This document shows, piece after piece, positions 11,825-25,269 of a DNA stretch of 64,000 nt. Position 1 is the stretch's first letter. Each line of letters starts with the position of its first letter. The stretch lies in NCBI RefSeq assembly GCF_006345805.1, contig NC_042998.1:86118001-86182000 (forward strand), in the 5' to 3' direction. The stretch comes from Octopus sinensis. Taxonomy: Eukaryota. Under the pieces are notes generated by a model that was given only the letters and a program-made list of their open reading frames with translations, did no database searches and had not been told where the DNA came from. Both the position numbers and the translations under genes were made by a program.

Positions 11825-13315
11825 CAAAGTGAGGGATGCAATGGCAGAATGCTTGAGGGACAAATCGCCGGGTTTGGATGGTGTGTCCTATGAGCTTTAC
11901 AGTTATATGCCAGACTTGTTTGGTGACGTCTTGGCAGCGGTGTACTGCAACTCGCAGCAAAACGGGAGCACCCCCGGTTTTGTGAGCCGAGGAGCCAATA
12001 CATTTCTTTCCAGCCTATGCATGTCCTCAGCAGTCTCAGCCCATGTTTCACTGCTGTGTAGTAAGGTTGTTCACACACAGGTATCATACAGTCTGCCTTT
12101 CATTCTGAGTGCGAGTTACTTTGTTACGAGGAGAGGTAGGAGCTCTCTGAATTTTGCCCTATTCTTATTCTAGCAGGTGCTTTCAAAGCTATTGATTTGG
12201 TCACTTAGGTAAAAGAAGCTATCGACTACTTCTAGTTTTCTCCCCTGGAATTTGATGGAATCTATTTTCTGTACGTTTCTGATGTTTGTTGTACCTGTGC
12301 ACCTTCAACACACAAAAACTATCTGCCCTGTTAACTTTCCTCTGATATTGTTGCATCTCTTATGTGTCCATAACTTACACCAGGTACATCTTATGGAGTT
12401 CCTACTTATGCCTTTTCGACAGATCAATTGGGGCCATCTACCTTTAGGGATTTGTGATTTGTCCACCTTCCTACTTACTAAGACTTTGGTTTTTGCTAAT
12501 TTAACTCTAAGGCCCTTTAATTCTAGACCTTGCTTCCACACCTGAAACTTTTTCTCTAGTTCTGGTAGTGATTCAGCTATAAGAGCAAAGTCATCAGCAT
12601 AGGGGAACTCATAGGGGCGACCTGTCTTGAATTCCTCTGTTATCGCCTGGCGGACTATGATGAACAAGAAGGAACTGAGGTGAACCCCTACTTGGTGAAC
12701 CCTTACTTGTGCCCTGAATTCTTCTCTATACTCATTGCCAACCCTCACCTTACTGACACCTTACTCCCTGTACATGGCTTGTATAGCTCTCATCAACCAC
12801 TTGTCTATCCCTAATTTCCACATTAACCACCAGATAATGGATCAGGGGCCTTGTGAAAAGCTTTCTCCAAGTCAACAATAGCCAGGTACAGAGGTTTATC
12901 TTTAGCTAAGTATTTCTCCTGCAGCTGCCTTACCAGAAATATGGCATCAGCAGTGTTTCTCCCTGGCATCTCATATAAACTAATTCTCTCCTTAATTAGT
13001 TGGGCTGTAACCCCCTCTGTGGCTTTTATCACTTGATCCAGCAGATTGATACCTCTGTAATTATTTCTATCTAAGGTGTTACTTTTACCTTTGTAGCAGC
13101 TGACTATGGTGCTGCTACACTGGTTGTTGGGTATGACTCCTCTGTGTATCCCCTTATTAACTATGTGGGTGACTAGACTAGCCTACACTGTCAAATATTT
13201 TAGCAGTGATTCTTGAGGGGCTGAAGGGTTTCCTTGTCCTCATATCCTTAACTGTTTATCTACCAAGTTACTGTCAATTCAGATAGCTGGTCCCTCAGTT
13301 GGTTCAACATTTGGC
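10940..13315 (-). mobile_element. RTE-clade LINE, 5'-truncated and decayed, with 3' UTR and (GAT)n tail
   Basis: Motifs: PGRNTADAIFLVRQLQEKYL, VDLEKAF, YADD and a Cys-rich insert. Continuous into the (GAT)n tail at about 10940. Confidence 0.88.
11756..12000. mobile_element. Insertion of (TTA)n plus an internal Tx1 RT fragment, flanked by a 10-bp duplication
   Basis: CATTTCTTTC occurs at 11746-11755 and 12001-12010. The insert encodes KSPGLDGVSYELY on the + strand. Confidence 0.8.
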
Positions 13316-13319
13316 AAAT

Positions 13320-16300
13320 AACAACAACAACAAAAATATGTTGAGTAGCTGTGTCTCATGGGCAGGATAAGCTTACTAGTCTTGTTTGATAATTGTCCTA
13401 GATGTATTATCTTCAACAAAATCATCCTTTGATAGGAACAGATAAAATGTATAACTAAACAAAAAAATACAAAAATTCGCAATGTCTATTGACGAAAACA
13501 CATACCAGATCAGTTGTCACTTGAATCAACAAGGGCTGCATCCCTCAAGGAGGAATCAGCCTGGGGTTGAAAAGTTTGCATTTGAAACAAGCTCTTCTCC
13601 AAATATGGACTTGAATAAGATTAATCTCAACCCAGTCCTTTCAAGTTCAGATGCACTAAGAAGACAAAGATCTAAATGTTACAAATGAACCTGAGAAACT
13701 TACAAGTAAGTGATATATACATTCTATTGCTCATTGGGCAAATCATCTGAATCTAAATACATGGTAAATTCTTTTAAGTTATGGAGAGAAAGAAATCTAG
13801 ACGTTAGACCAAACATGGATGAAAACAAACTTACAAATATAAGAGACATTCTTAGAAACAAATGACTAACAGATGCAGAATTAAATGAAATCAAGAGGAA
13901 AGTTGGAAAGATTTGAAAATATAAACATGAAGAAAGGATGAAAATGAATACATGACAGTAGAGAAACCTTAAAACTTTGTGACCAAGTTGTCACCAGAAG
14001 AAATTGCACAAAAAAAAAAAAATGAAAATATCAGAAATACCACAGAGCAAGTTTAAGTTGAAAGATATATTAACAATATGGATGAAGATATTTTTAGTCA
14101 TGAGCTTTAAGATTGGCTAGAACCCTAACCCTAACTCTAATCCAAGCCCTAACCCTAAACTTAATCCTAACCCTAACAAGAAATTTCTCAATGAACTTGG
14201 AAAAGTAAAAAACATTAGTATGAATGAAAGAAAGTCATTGCAAAAACTGACAAACAATCCCAGGACACATAAGAATTAGAAATCAGGCTGTTAAAGCAAT
14301 AATTGAAGAGATGGAGCCTGATGTATCAAAACTGAATGAAGTTATATATGCCACAGTAATGGTAATATAAAGGAAATGTAAGTCAATGAAAAGGCAAAAA
14401 GGACACTGCACTAAAAAAAAACAAAAAAAAAATGAAAGATAAAAATTGAGTAAGAAATTGAAATGATGAGAGGAGAATTATCGATCTTGGATTAAATATA
14501 TGTTAGTAAATCTGTCAAGATAAGAACAGAAGGTGATTAAGAAATACTAAGTAACTTCAAAACATGATACTCCATCAATCAAAGAGACCCTGAAACAATA
14601 AGTACTGCTGAAAGCTCAAAAAATGAGATTTGATAAATGAAACAAACTTCACAGGCAACAGTTGTTTATGTCAGATGCAAAAGATGTTTTTACATGGAAA
14701 TTGGGTTATAGACTAAAGAAACTCCTTCAATTCACGAGATTGATGAAGTTTGGAAAAAAGATAGAAGTACAGAAAATTCCCATAATGAGAATGTAGAATG
14801 AATAAAGAACATAGAAGAAATGGTCAATAATTTAGAGAGGCTGACTTGGCCATTTCTTCAGAAATGATCATACTATTGCCTGCTTCTCCACTTCATACAA
14901 AATGCTCACCTCAATTTTGACTGAGACGATGTATAAATTTATGAACAAAATTCATTTCCCTACTGAGCAGAAAGGTTGCCACTGTGGGTCTTATAGCTGT
15001 GAAGACCAACTTCTAATTAAACTATCATAACAAGAAAAGAAGTTTGAGAACTGCTTGGATTTATTATTAAAAAGTGCATTTGATTGTGTGCCCCATTCAT
15101 GAATTTTGAAAACTTTGGGTGTTCTGAGGATTTTCCCAGTAATATCAAATTCCTGAAATACATGTCTGTATAGAATACACATCTAACTTTGTCATACACT
15201 ACAACTGTTAATATAAATTCCAGCAGCATAAGCATTAACTTTTTCAAGATAATTCATTTTCTCTTTCTTTTATTTTGAGTTGCATTCAAACCACTAACTG
15301 TAGATTTCAACAAAAAATGGCTACAAAATAGATAGCAAAAACTACAACCATCTGTTTTTTGTGGATGATTTGAAACTGCATGCCGAAAATGACAACATGT
15401 TGGTAAGACTGTTAAAGAGAGTTAAGGTGTTCAGTGATGAAGCAGGGGTAGAGTTTGGGCTGGAAAAATATGTGAAAGGCAGAATGACAAGCACATATCC
15501 AATGTATAAAAATGTGGGTGCAGTAATTATGGAACAAGATCAAACCTAAAAGTATTTTGACGTCAATGAAGGCTAAAGTATTCATTATGCTAGCATGAAA
15601 GAAACAATCAAAAGGAACGCTACAGGAGAGTATGTGCTGTCTTAAAAACAGAGCTCAACTCAAAGAATGAAATGTGTATCTGCTATAAATACCCTTACAA
15701 TCCCAGTTATCACCTATGATTGCAATATCATAAAATGGAACAATAATGAAAATGGACTAAAAAGTTGGAAAAAGTTTGACCTATAATAAATTAGATCACT
15801 CAAAAGCAGATGTGGATCACCTTTATTTCTTTGGATGAAGTAGAGTTAGAGGAATGATTGCGCTTGAGCTGCTGTGCAAAATATCAAGTGTTGGGCTCAA
15901 ACAATACCTTAAAACTTCAGATTACTGGATGTTGAAAACAGTTTCAGAATATGGAAGGAAGAAAAGTTTGCAATAAATCTTGAAAGAAAGTTGGAAGTTT
16001 GTGGAAGAGTTAGGCATGTACACTGAAAATTATGGTCATTCTGAAATTGAGGGTAATGTTGGAGAGAAATGGTCAACAGAAACTGTGCCCTAAATGGGAA
16101 CAAAAACCACTGCACAGGTGGTATGTCCTCCATAGCAAAGAATTTTATATAAAATCAAAATTTCACCCATGTTGCTGATTTCTGGACCAAAAACAGAGTG
16201 AGGACTTCATTGTGGTTGCACAAAATCAGTTTCTTTCAACATACAACTTTCAAGTCAATGAGATCAGAAATGTAACAGACCCAAAGTGTTGATCTTGCAA

Positions 16301-16385
16301 TGAGCAAATCGAGATCATTGAACACTCTGTTTCAGGCTGCAAAGTATTGGTTCCCCAGAAGTATAAAACTGGGTATGATTGAGTA
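13320..16385 (+). mobile_element. Old degraded R4/Dong-like LINE
   Basis: Fragments EQKGC..GSYSCEDQLLI, FVDDLKL, EFGLEK, WEQKPLHR and CNEQIEIIEH are colinear with the 4321-7545 element, with many stops and indels. Confidence 0.8.
14121..14177. repeat. Degenerate (CCCTAA)n telomere-like tract
   Basis: About 9 imperfect hexamers: aaccctaaccctaactctaatccaagccctaaccctaaacttaatcctaaccctaac. Confidence 0.8.
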
Positions 16386-16414
16386 ATTTTCACATACACA
16401 CATACATATATATA

Positions 16415-17325
16415 CGGGGGTTCCTGAAAGTAACTGGAAACATTCTCTGTGGGACAAGCCCACTGAAGTTCAGACTTCTGCCACTAGAAGCCACTTGATG
16501 TAACCCTCAAGCACGAGTATGTTGGGCAGCGTCGTTGAGTGTAGTCCTACTGCCATGTGGTGTGTCTTTGTTTTTCAGTGCTTCTTCCCTGTGCATTAAT
16601 CTTTGTGAAGGCTGAAACGAAGGAACAGCATGCTCCCATGAAATTCTGTTTTCTACTGGGGAAAATGGCTGCCAAAACAGTTGTTATGCTTCAAGTAACT
16701 TACAAAGACACTGCCATGAGCAAAACACAAGTTTATGAGTGATTTCCACTTTTCAGGAATGGTCATTTGTCACTTGAAAACCAACTTCATTCAGGGTATC
16801 CATTGACCTCGTGAATGATTAAAACCATCATGAAAATTCATGAACCGATCTTGGAATACCATCACTGACAGTTGACAAACTTGTTGATATGATTGGTGTG
16901 TCTTGGAGCTCCTGCTAACAAATTTTGAGCAAGGAATTGCGAATGAAAAGAGTTGCAGCAAAATTTGTGCCTCACTTACTCTCGGAAGATCAAAAACAGT
17001 CACAACTGAATCCATGTCATGAACTGAAAGAATATTTGGAAATTGATCCAGACCTTTTTTTTTTATTTTGAAGGTCATCACTGGTGAGGAAAGCTGGTGC
17101 TATGGAATTTGCGGATGTAGAAGAGGTGAAGTGAAGAACAACAGAGGTGTTAAAAGGCATCATTTTGCAAGAGTTCCAGCACTGCTTTGAACAGTGGAAA
17201 ATGCATCTGCAATGATGCATTGCTTGAAATGGAGAATAGTTTGAAAGTGATCAAAGTGTAAACATATAGAACTGTGTGAATAAAATAATATTGCAAAATT
17301 CTGGCTTCTTTTGGGTACCCTCACA
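16415..17325 (+). mobile_element. Internally deleted mariner element
   Basis: Imperfect ~26-bp TIRs with TA flanks. N-terminal KFCFLLGK..AMSKTQVYE, then ITGEESWCY fused to a C-terminal FADVEEVK..FQHCFEQWK segment. Confidence 0.85.
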
Positions 17326-17330
17326 TATAT

Positions 17331-17487
17331 TATTTTCTACTCTAGGCACAAGGCCCAAAATTGTTGAGGAAGTGGGGCAGTCGATTAGATCGATGCAAGT
17401 ATGCAACTGGTACCTAATTTATCGTCCCAGAAAGGCTAAAAAACAAAGTTAATCTCGGCGGAATTTGAGCTCAGAACGTAAAGACAA
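17331..17487 (-). mobile_element. tRNA-derived SINE (partial), Meta-domain-like
   Basis: Same family as the copies at 29078-29290 and 45318-45557. Confidence 0.75.
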
Positions 17488-20192
17488 ACATATATATTAC
17501 AACAGCCTTCTATTTTCATCTACCAAATTTACTCACAAGACATTGGACAGTCTGAATATTATAGCAGAAGACTAAAGTGCTGCTCAGTAGGACTAAAACC
17601 AAAATTATTTTGTTGTGAAATGAACTATTTAACTTCATAGCCATGCCTGCACCTATGCATACAAAGATCACTTTATAATCAGTTAAATCATAACTGAAAA
17701 CTCTAGGATGAGAAAAAAGTGTCAGGTCTTGGCATAGGTTGATTGGTATCCAGAAGGCTTTTATAGTGTTCTCCACTCATGGATTCTTGAAACATTAGCC
17801 AATCACAAGTGAATACACCAACCATGTGAAATGAATGAGAAATAAATTTGGAGATTCAAACAGAAGAGGTAAACATAAAAATGAACTACATTGCTGTTAG
17901 AAGAAGAATATTCCACGTAGACTCTCTGTCCTCATACCTTTTCTGCATGTTCCTCTGGAATAAATGCTAAGCCAGACTGACTATGGGTATAAGTATTTCG
18001 ATAACAACTTTCTGTTATATATTAACTCTTAACATTCTATACAACATGAAACAAATAGGACCAAACAATCTTTGTTTACATTTGTGGTAAAGAAGGTTAT
18101 GAACTCTCTAATCAAAGAAAATCATTTATGTTTTGCAATGTTTGTTATTAGCATCAACTCAATGTGTTGCTGAATTTTTGTGATTTTTTCCTAGACTTTG
18201 TTTTATAGAAACTTATTTTTAAAAATGGTTATGGCAGATAAGTTTTTGAAGGTGATAACTAGAGGAATATATCTCTGTCATGCACACTCAATATCTGACT
18301 TTGATCTGTCTAAATTTTCATTGAGTAACTTGAACAAAATATTGTCTGAAGAATGTTTAGACAGTGAGCCTTTTTGTTTTGTTGAATATCTTTTCTCAAT
18401 TTTTTCTTCTTGTGATTTCAACAGTACAACTAAGAAGCTATAAGGATCTATCACTTTCTTCCAATGCTTTGAAATTTGGGCAGACTTGGGTATATTTATC
18501 ATTGGGTTAACAATAATGAACTTAAAAATCTGCTGGAAAATGCACGTATTTTGTTTGTGATATTTGTATGCCCATATGTATTACCAATATCTTTCTTTTC
18601 ATCATTTTTTTAATATTGTATCTGTTTTCAGTTAATATTATGACATTAATTAACAATCTCATTTGTATACATAAAATTCAACACAAATAAGACTAAGTCT
18701 TTTCTACAATACTGTCTATTTTGACAATAATCTAGCCATAATGAATGACTTATAAACATTTGAATAAACAAACCCATTTGCAGATATTTTCTGCTCAGTT
18801 ATTACAGCACTGAGATTTTAACTTTGAAAAGTTTCAATACAATGTTAAAAGTTAATGTACTCAAGTTGTATTCTGCACATGAAAAGCAAGAAACCTTGCA
18901 TGTGAGACATGGTGTACAGCTTTAATATGGAGATTAGTACAAAATACCTTTTAAAACAATGTACCAAAGCCACCTAAAAAGTGAGGGAAATATATAAAAT
19001 ATAGACATACCATGTTATACCTAAATAAATGTTAAATTGAGACAGATTTATAATTAGCAGATAACTTGCTATGTACAAATGAAAGAAAATGTTAGGGTAG
19101 AATATTACAAATTTATTAGATTAATTCTTAAAAAAGTTCATGCACATCAATACTTTTGCTGTATTGGTAATTAGTTATAGCTTAATATTCTCAACTGGAT
19201 GCTAAATGAATTGGTTAGACCAGACTGGAAATAATAATTTGTATTTAGAATATGCCACTCAAAATCTGACATACGAATATTATATTGACCATGAATACAG
19301 GGATATAGGGGTATTATGCATGTAGAAAACTATTATAAGATATCAAATGTGGGACTACAAAATATTTAAAAATAAAAGGAAACTAATACAAAGGGTGACA
19401 AAAGATGAACAAGAATAAAAGCAAAACTGCTTTTTGTTTCTTTTCAGACCATTAACTACAAAATTGAGGTTGAAATAACCTTCAGCTGTGAGGGTGATAG
19501 AAAAATAACAAGAGATATTGTGGAAACAAAAAGTTCAAAATGGAGATAGAGAACTAGCATGATAAAATGATGCAAAGGAAAGACACTACATGGCCAATAG
19601 ATGAAAAGGCTGAAAAGAAGAAAGAGGACAATAAATAATAGGGAAAACTCAGGACTGGCTGAGAATCTTAGAACTTACAGCTGAGACTAAATTGTTTTTG
19701 ATTTGTGGCACAAGAACAAAGCAACACACCAGAAACTGCAAAAACTTGTAACGAAGTTGGAAATGTAAAATATGTGGAGGTTGTAAAGAAATAATTAGTG
19801 CAGTCTATGACAAAAGGGAATATATGCATACCTGACAGAATTGGAGGTTTCATACATTTGACATTATGCCATTATTGTGAAATCATTGAAGGAAAGAGGT
19901 GGTGCAAATCTACACTACAAAAGGATTCTACAGAAGGTGAAAGTGACTGTACATATAGATTTACACAAGCAGTGATATTAAGCTAAATAACCCCAAGAAA
20001 GAAGAAAAAACAAAAAGCAAAAAAGGCATCCTAACAGAAAGAAATAAGGTCACTTTCCAAGTATGAAGACATACAAGAAGAGATGTCTATAAGTATAATG
20101 TGATTGAAAACAAACAATCCCCCATAATATCAGCAACCTTGAGATAATACAAAGAATAGATGCATGATGAATACATAACCAAAACACCAGAA

Positions 20193-20226
<34 letters not shown>

Positions 20227-20489
20227 CATGCTCATGCTATATACAGAAATCTCACTACTATGTACCGCATACATATTATATGGAACACTTAATGCAATGT
20301 AAGACAAATATTAAACAAATCATTGCATGTACTTTAAGGCAACCAGGACTGTGGTTGATTGTGCCTTGAAAGCAAATTAAAAAAGACTACTGAAATATTA
20401 ATAATGATTAACAAGTAAATACACACATTATTAAACAAATAAAAAAACAAATAATGAAACTTAAATATTTCATTTTCTTTTACTTGTAG

Positions 20490-20609
20490 AATTCAAAAGG
20501 AATTGAAGACTACATGAAAATTGAAAATAAATATAATGGTTCCATCACAGTAGTAAAAGCACTGGACTATGAAACAAGAAACTTTTTTGAATATACAGTA
20601 CAAGTATTT
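20490..20609 (+). CDS. Cadherin exon: NSKGIEDYMKIENKYNGSITVVKALDYETRNFFEYTVQVF
   Basis: ttttacttgtag acceptor and gtaagt donor. 120 nt, phase 0/0, with the LDYE motif. Confidence 0.93.
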
Positions 20610-21164
20610 GTAAGTATTTAAACTTAAATTATCTTTTCGTGGGTTTCCATTCTTATTGAAATGAAATGGTAACAGTATAATATATATACACATTCATACA
20701 CACATGTCACATCTGTAGTAAGTTCTTAAGTTTTCTATATTTATTTTATGGTTTTAAGACCATAAATTTTGTAGACCAGCCCACTCAACGGAATATTGAT
20801 TTTAAGAAGAGCATCCAACCATAAAAACCATGCCAAAACAGCACACAGAAGCATAGCACAGGCTCCAGATTCACCAGCTCCAGTCAAACCGTCCCACCCA
20901 TGCCAGCATGGTAAGAGGACAATGAACAATGTCTGTCTGGTCAAACAAATCAGTTCCTTTCTCTTTATTCTTTCTGCTTGCACCAAAAGTATATGAATTT
21001 CAATGAGAAGCTCAACTCTCACATATTTTCAAAGAAAATAATTTTGCAGTTTCTTTAACAACAAATAGTTTGGACATGCTTTGCTAATGGCAGCAAAGAT
21101 ATCAAGAAAAAGGGAAATATGAACTCACTTCACACAAACACATACTTATACAAACATACATACA

Positions 21165-23078
21165 TCATCATCATCATTGTTGTCACCGTTGTCATCATCA
21201 TCATCATTGTTGTCACTGTTGTCATCATCATCATCATCATCATTTAATGTTCATTTTATTTGCTGGTATAGGCTGGACAGTTTGGCAGTAAGTTCCAATG
21301 TCAACTTTGGCATAATTTCTATGGCTGGATACCCTTCCTAGTGTCAGTCACTTTACAGTGTGTATTGAGTACTTTTTTATGGCACAACCAATGGTGAAGT
21401 TGCCAAGTAACTTGCAAGACAAAAAAGAAAACAAAGAAAATGTCTCCTCGACTGAGTGGACATGTATTTGAGAAATGAGGTGACTTTATGGCTGGTATTG
21501 GAGGCAGAAATATGATAGAGTGACAAGCAGAGGTATTTTGCTATAGAGGAGATACATGGTTACCCTATTTCACATGAGGGTGAGTGATAGTAGCTGGGAG
21601 ATAAGGATGGTGGGGATGAGTGCCAGAGTATACTCTCAAAATATAAGAAGGTAAATATGAAGGAGAAAATAGGTAGTAGATCAGGAGGGAAGAGGACCAG
21701 AAGGGTAATTTCATAAGAGTATGAGAGAATATTGACAGGTAGAGATGGGGCTGGAATTAGCTGTAGTGAGTGATGAACAAGGGTGGAGGTGTAGCTGATA
21801 GTAAATATCAGTATTGAAGTGGGAGAGTGAGAGAAATAGAAGTGGCTCAGAAAGGAAGAGTGATAAGCAGCAGCATAGGAGGTATGGAGAGTAGCAGTAT
21901 CATAAATAGGTGGACAAATCAGAAGTAATAAGATGCTGTGCAAATTTTGAAATTGGATGGGGATGGAAGGCAAGTGACAGTCGTAGAGATGGAGGTTAGA
22001 GGCTAAAGTGAGTGGGAAGACAGAAGTGATTAGGGAGTTGGGGCTGTCATCAATAGCAGATATGAGAAAAAGATACCTGATATCACACTTGTAAAAGATG
22101 AGGGAAATCAGAGGTGGGGAAGAAAAATTGATGGTACTGAAAAAGGGTTGATTAGTGGAAATTGTACATTGACTGGGATGATAATGAAAATAAGGACTGG
22201 AGTTTAAAAAGAAGTGGTTCCAGAGGAAGAAGGAGGTAACTAATAGAGTAAAAGGAGGATGAAATATGTGCTGATTCTGCTCTCAAATGATTATAGCGCT
22301 GAGTAGTGCTATAGAAGAGTGATGGGAGAATGGATGCAAGAAAGATGAGATGTAAGGGAATGCTTGATGTGGGTAGATTGGTTTCAGGGCCTAACATATA
22401 CAGGCATAATGCTTTTAGCATTTCATTTTCACCATGATTCACAGTTCTTGAATACAATGAACTGATGTTCATCTTGGTCCTTTCTCATCTATTCTGTGAG
22501 GCTGAGTATCCTGAGATCAACCTTTGCTACCTTATCTCACATCTTCCTGAGTTTCCTTCTTTTACTATTTCCATCCATTTTAAGCAATTGGCATTTCTTT
22601 ATACAGCTGTCTTCATCTATATCCATCACATGACCAAACTATCACAGTCTTGTTTCTTATATGCTACTTCTGATTCTTCTTATATCTTATTTTTCTCTTA
22701 ACACATTTACTCTTTATAGTACATGCACATTGATGTAGATCCAAGGGAGCATATCCCCTCCATTCTTCTCCAGTCTTCACATGTCCTCTGTGTTCAGTGC
22801 CCACATCTCATACCAAGTAGCATTGCATCTCATGCCCAAGCATCATACAATCTGACTTTCACTCTGGGAGTTAATAGTCCTCTGATCATTCTCTGTCCTA
22901 TTCTTATTCTAATAATTAAACATTCAAAATATCTTGCTTCACTGCTAGTTAAGCCACCTAGATAGCAGAAATTATCTATGTCTCTAGAGAACCTCCTTGG
23001 CATTTGAGAAAATCTGTTTCCTGTGTGCCTCAAGTGTTTATTTCCCCTGTGCATCTTCTATATACAAAGACTACTTTT
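21165..23078 (-). mobile_element. Decayed RTE LINE 3' portion with a long pyrimidine-rich 3' UTR and (GAT)n tail
   Basis: FCYLG and KVRLYDA at 22830-23054. The UTR segment is similar to 41268-41990. Confidence 0.7.
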
Positions 23079-23237
23079 TCTAGGAATTACTGCTGAAATT
23101 CTTAAAAACTGCTCAGGATTAAAGTGTACTAACCTCTGTGGTTAATTAGATTTTACAGGAAGGTGTCATAGTCAATAGATGCTTTTGTATGTGTGTGTGG
23201 GGGGCATGTTAGATTTGTAAGTAGGTATGTATGTTCA

Positions 23238-24487
23238 TAGGGGGTAATTCAATAAATAACTCTAATCTAACAAAAGTCAACAAGCATTTTTATAAGATTA
23301 TTCTAAGAACATGCCTTCAACTTTGATGACTGTTTCAATGCGAGTCACAGATTTTTGACATATCTACACTAAACAGACCTTTTTTTGGACATCACCTGGA
23401 CAATGGCAGTATTCAGTGAAGCTGTGATATCTTGAGTAAATTGATTAGTCTCCCTTGCAACAATAACCCAAATGTAATCAATGGATTTAAATCTAGTGAT
23501 TGTGTATGTCACAAGATAGGTGCCATATGACTAAAGATTGTCTAGATTGTCTGGCATTGATTCTTGGATTTTGTTAGATGGTACTGAGTCTTGTTGAAAT
23601 ATGCATGGCCTTTCACTGGACACTTCACCTATCCAAAGCTTAACAAATGTCTTCCACACTTCGATGTATCCAACAGCTTTAATTCTAATATCTTGTTAAA
23701 AGATGTGAAGTTGTGTGACATGACCTTCATTACTCACCACTCCTAAAACCGTCACAGTTGCTGGAAACTTATTGTTCATTACTCAATGAATAACAGAAGG
23801 ATCTGCACATACTGAAGTTTTTCTCATCAAAGAACCAAACATGCTATGTTTGTGAGGGTTCTAGCCTCGTTAAGTAACCACTTGGCATAGATCAAATGGT
23901 TTTCCTGTTTTCGCTGACATAAATCAGCTTCTCCTCAGTACATATGACTTGTATTAAATGTCTTTGTGGACCACGATTTTGATAATCCATTCCAACACCT
24001 ATGGTTCTTTGGTGGTGAGCCTCAATGTTTTCAGAATCATCAATGTTTTGCGCCTGTTGGATGAATTATGGTATCCTTATTATGTCTGAACATTTAGAAT
24101 TTTTTTTTCCTCTTTGATACAATTGAAACATTCTGCCAGAGTCTTTCAATTCCATCTGAACTTTGTATAATAAAAAAGATTGTAAAATATATCTAAGAGT
24201 TGTTAAAGATGAGGGAAATCGAAAGGGTAGGAGGAAAGAGGGCTGATCAGTGGAAAGTACATATTGATAGGGATGAGTAGTGCCATAGTTAGAAGAGTGA
24301 TGGGAGGATCTTGCAACATTTGGACAGTTGGCAATTTCTAAATCACTTTGTTCTACACAATGAATGCATATCTTTTCATTTCTCATGTTAACATGTTATT
24401 TACTATGATGGATCTAGAAAAAACAACCTTTTTAACTGCTTTGAAGAAAATAATATACCGATAAGTAAATTTTCTGAAATACCCTGT
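23238..24487 (-). mobile_element. Decayed Tc1/mariner-superfamily (maT-like) transposon
   Basis: The minus strand has WFFDEK, KFPATV and DLNPLITF-like motifs. Weak TIRs (tacagggtatttcag / tagggggtaattcaa). Homologous to 59296-60240. Confidence 0.7.
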
Positions 24488-25045
24488 ATATGCTGCTCTC
24501 AATTATTGTAAGCACATTGAATGAAATTAACCTCATAACTTGAAGCAATCTAATGCTACTACACCCTGATATTTGCCTCAATGCATCAGAGGAATTACTG
24601 ACTTCCTTGAAGTGAAGATTAGAAAGATATACATCTTGAAGAACTTCAAAGGGCTTGAAACAACCTTTGTCATTGAAAACTACAAAAGTCCTTGTAAAGG
24701 ACACTAGTGCACAATGCCAAAAGTTCAACCTTTGCTATGTAAAGTTTGAACCAGATAGTGCATTGTTTAGGTTTCAAAGGTCCATTGCACTTCACATTTT
24801 TGCCAAAAAGCTTGGGAAATCTTTTTGGTGTGGATACAAATGTTTTTAAAAGACAACTGGATGTCTTGTAATCTGATATTCCAGATGAACCTACTACATA
24901 GTAAAAAATGCAAATGAGAGTAGCAGCTTCAAAGAACAATGACATTAGTTAAATTGTAGCAACATCAATGTCAGTATCCCAGTATGTACACAGATTGCAG
25001 CCAAAATGTGTCCAAGAGTAGAAGAGTAACAGAGGAAATGTGTAA

Positions 25046-25090
<45 letters not shown>

Positions 25091-25269
25091 ATTGTTCAGT
25101 TTTATTTCAAGATTTCTTGCCAATAGAGAAAAAGCCAGTTTCTAACCTAGATCCAACATCATCAACAGGGTAATTTTGTTTGTATGTATGTGTATGTGTG
25201 TGTGCAGATTTGTAATTCTGCTTTATGCGTGTATTCTCATGCACATAGTTGCATATCTAGACATGCTCT

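Noticed and set aside
18278-18533. Minus-strand ORF with an AG acceptor and VNPMINI (vaguely like GPCR NPxxY)
   Set aside because: The Tyr is absent, the upstream frame has many stops and no other exons were found; unsupported without a search.
19448-19550. Good acceptor (ttttgtttcttttcag) as a possible extra cadherin exon
   Set aside because: No cadherin motifs, an early stop, and the repeat is complete without it.
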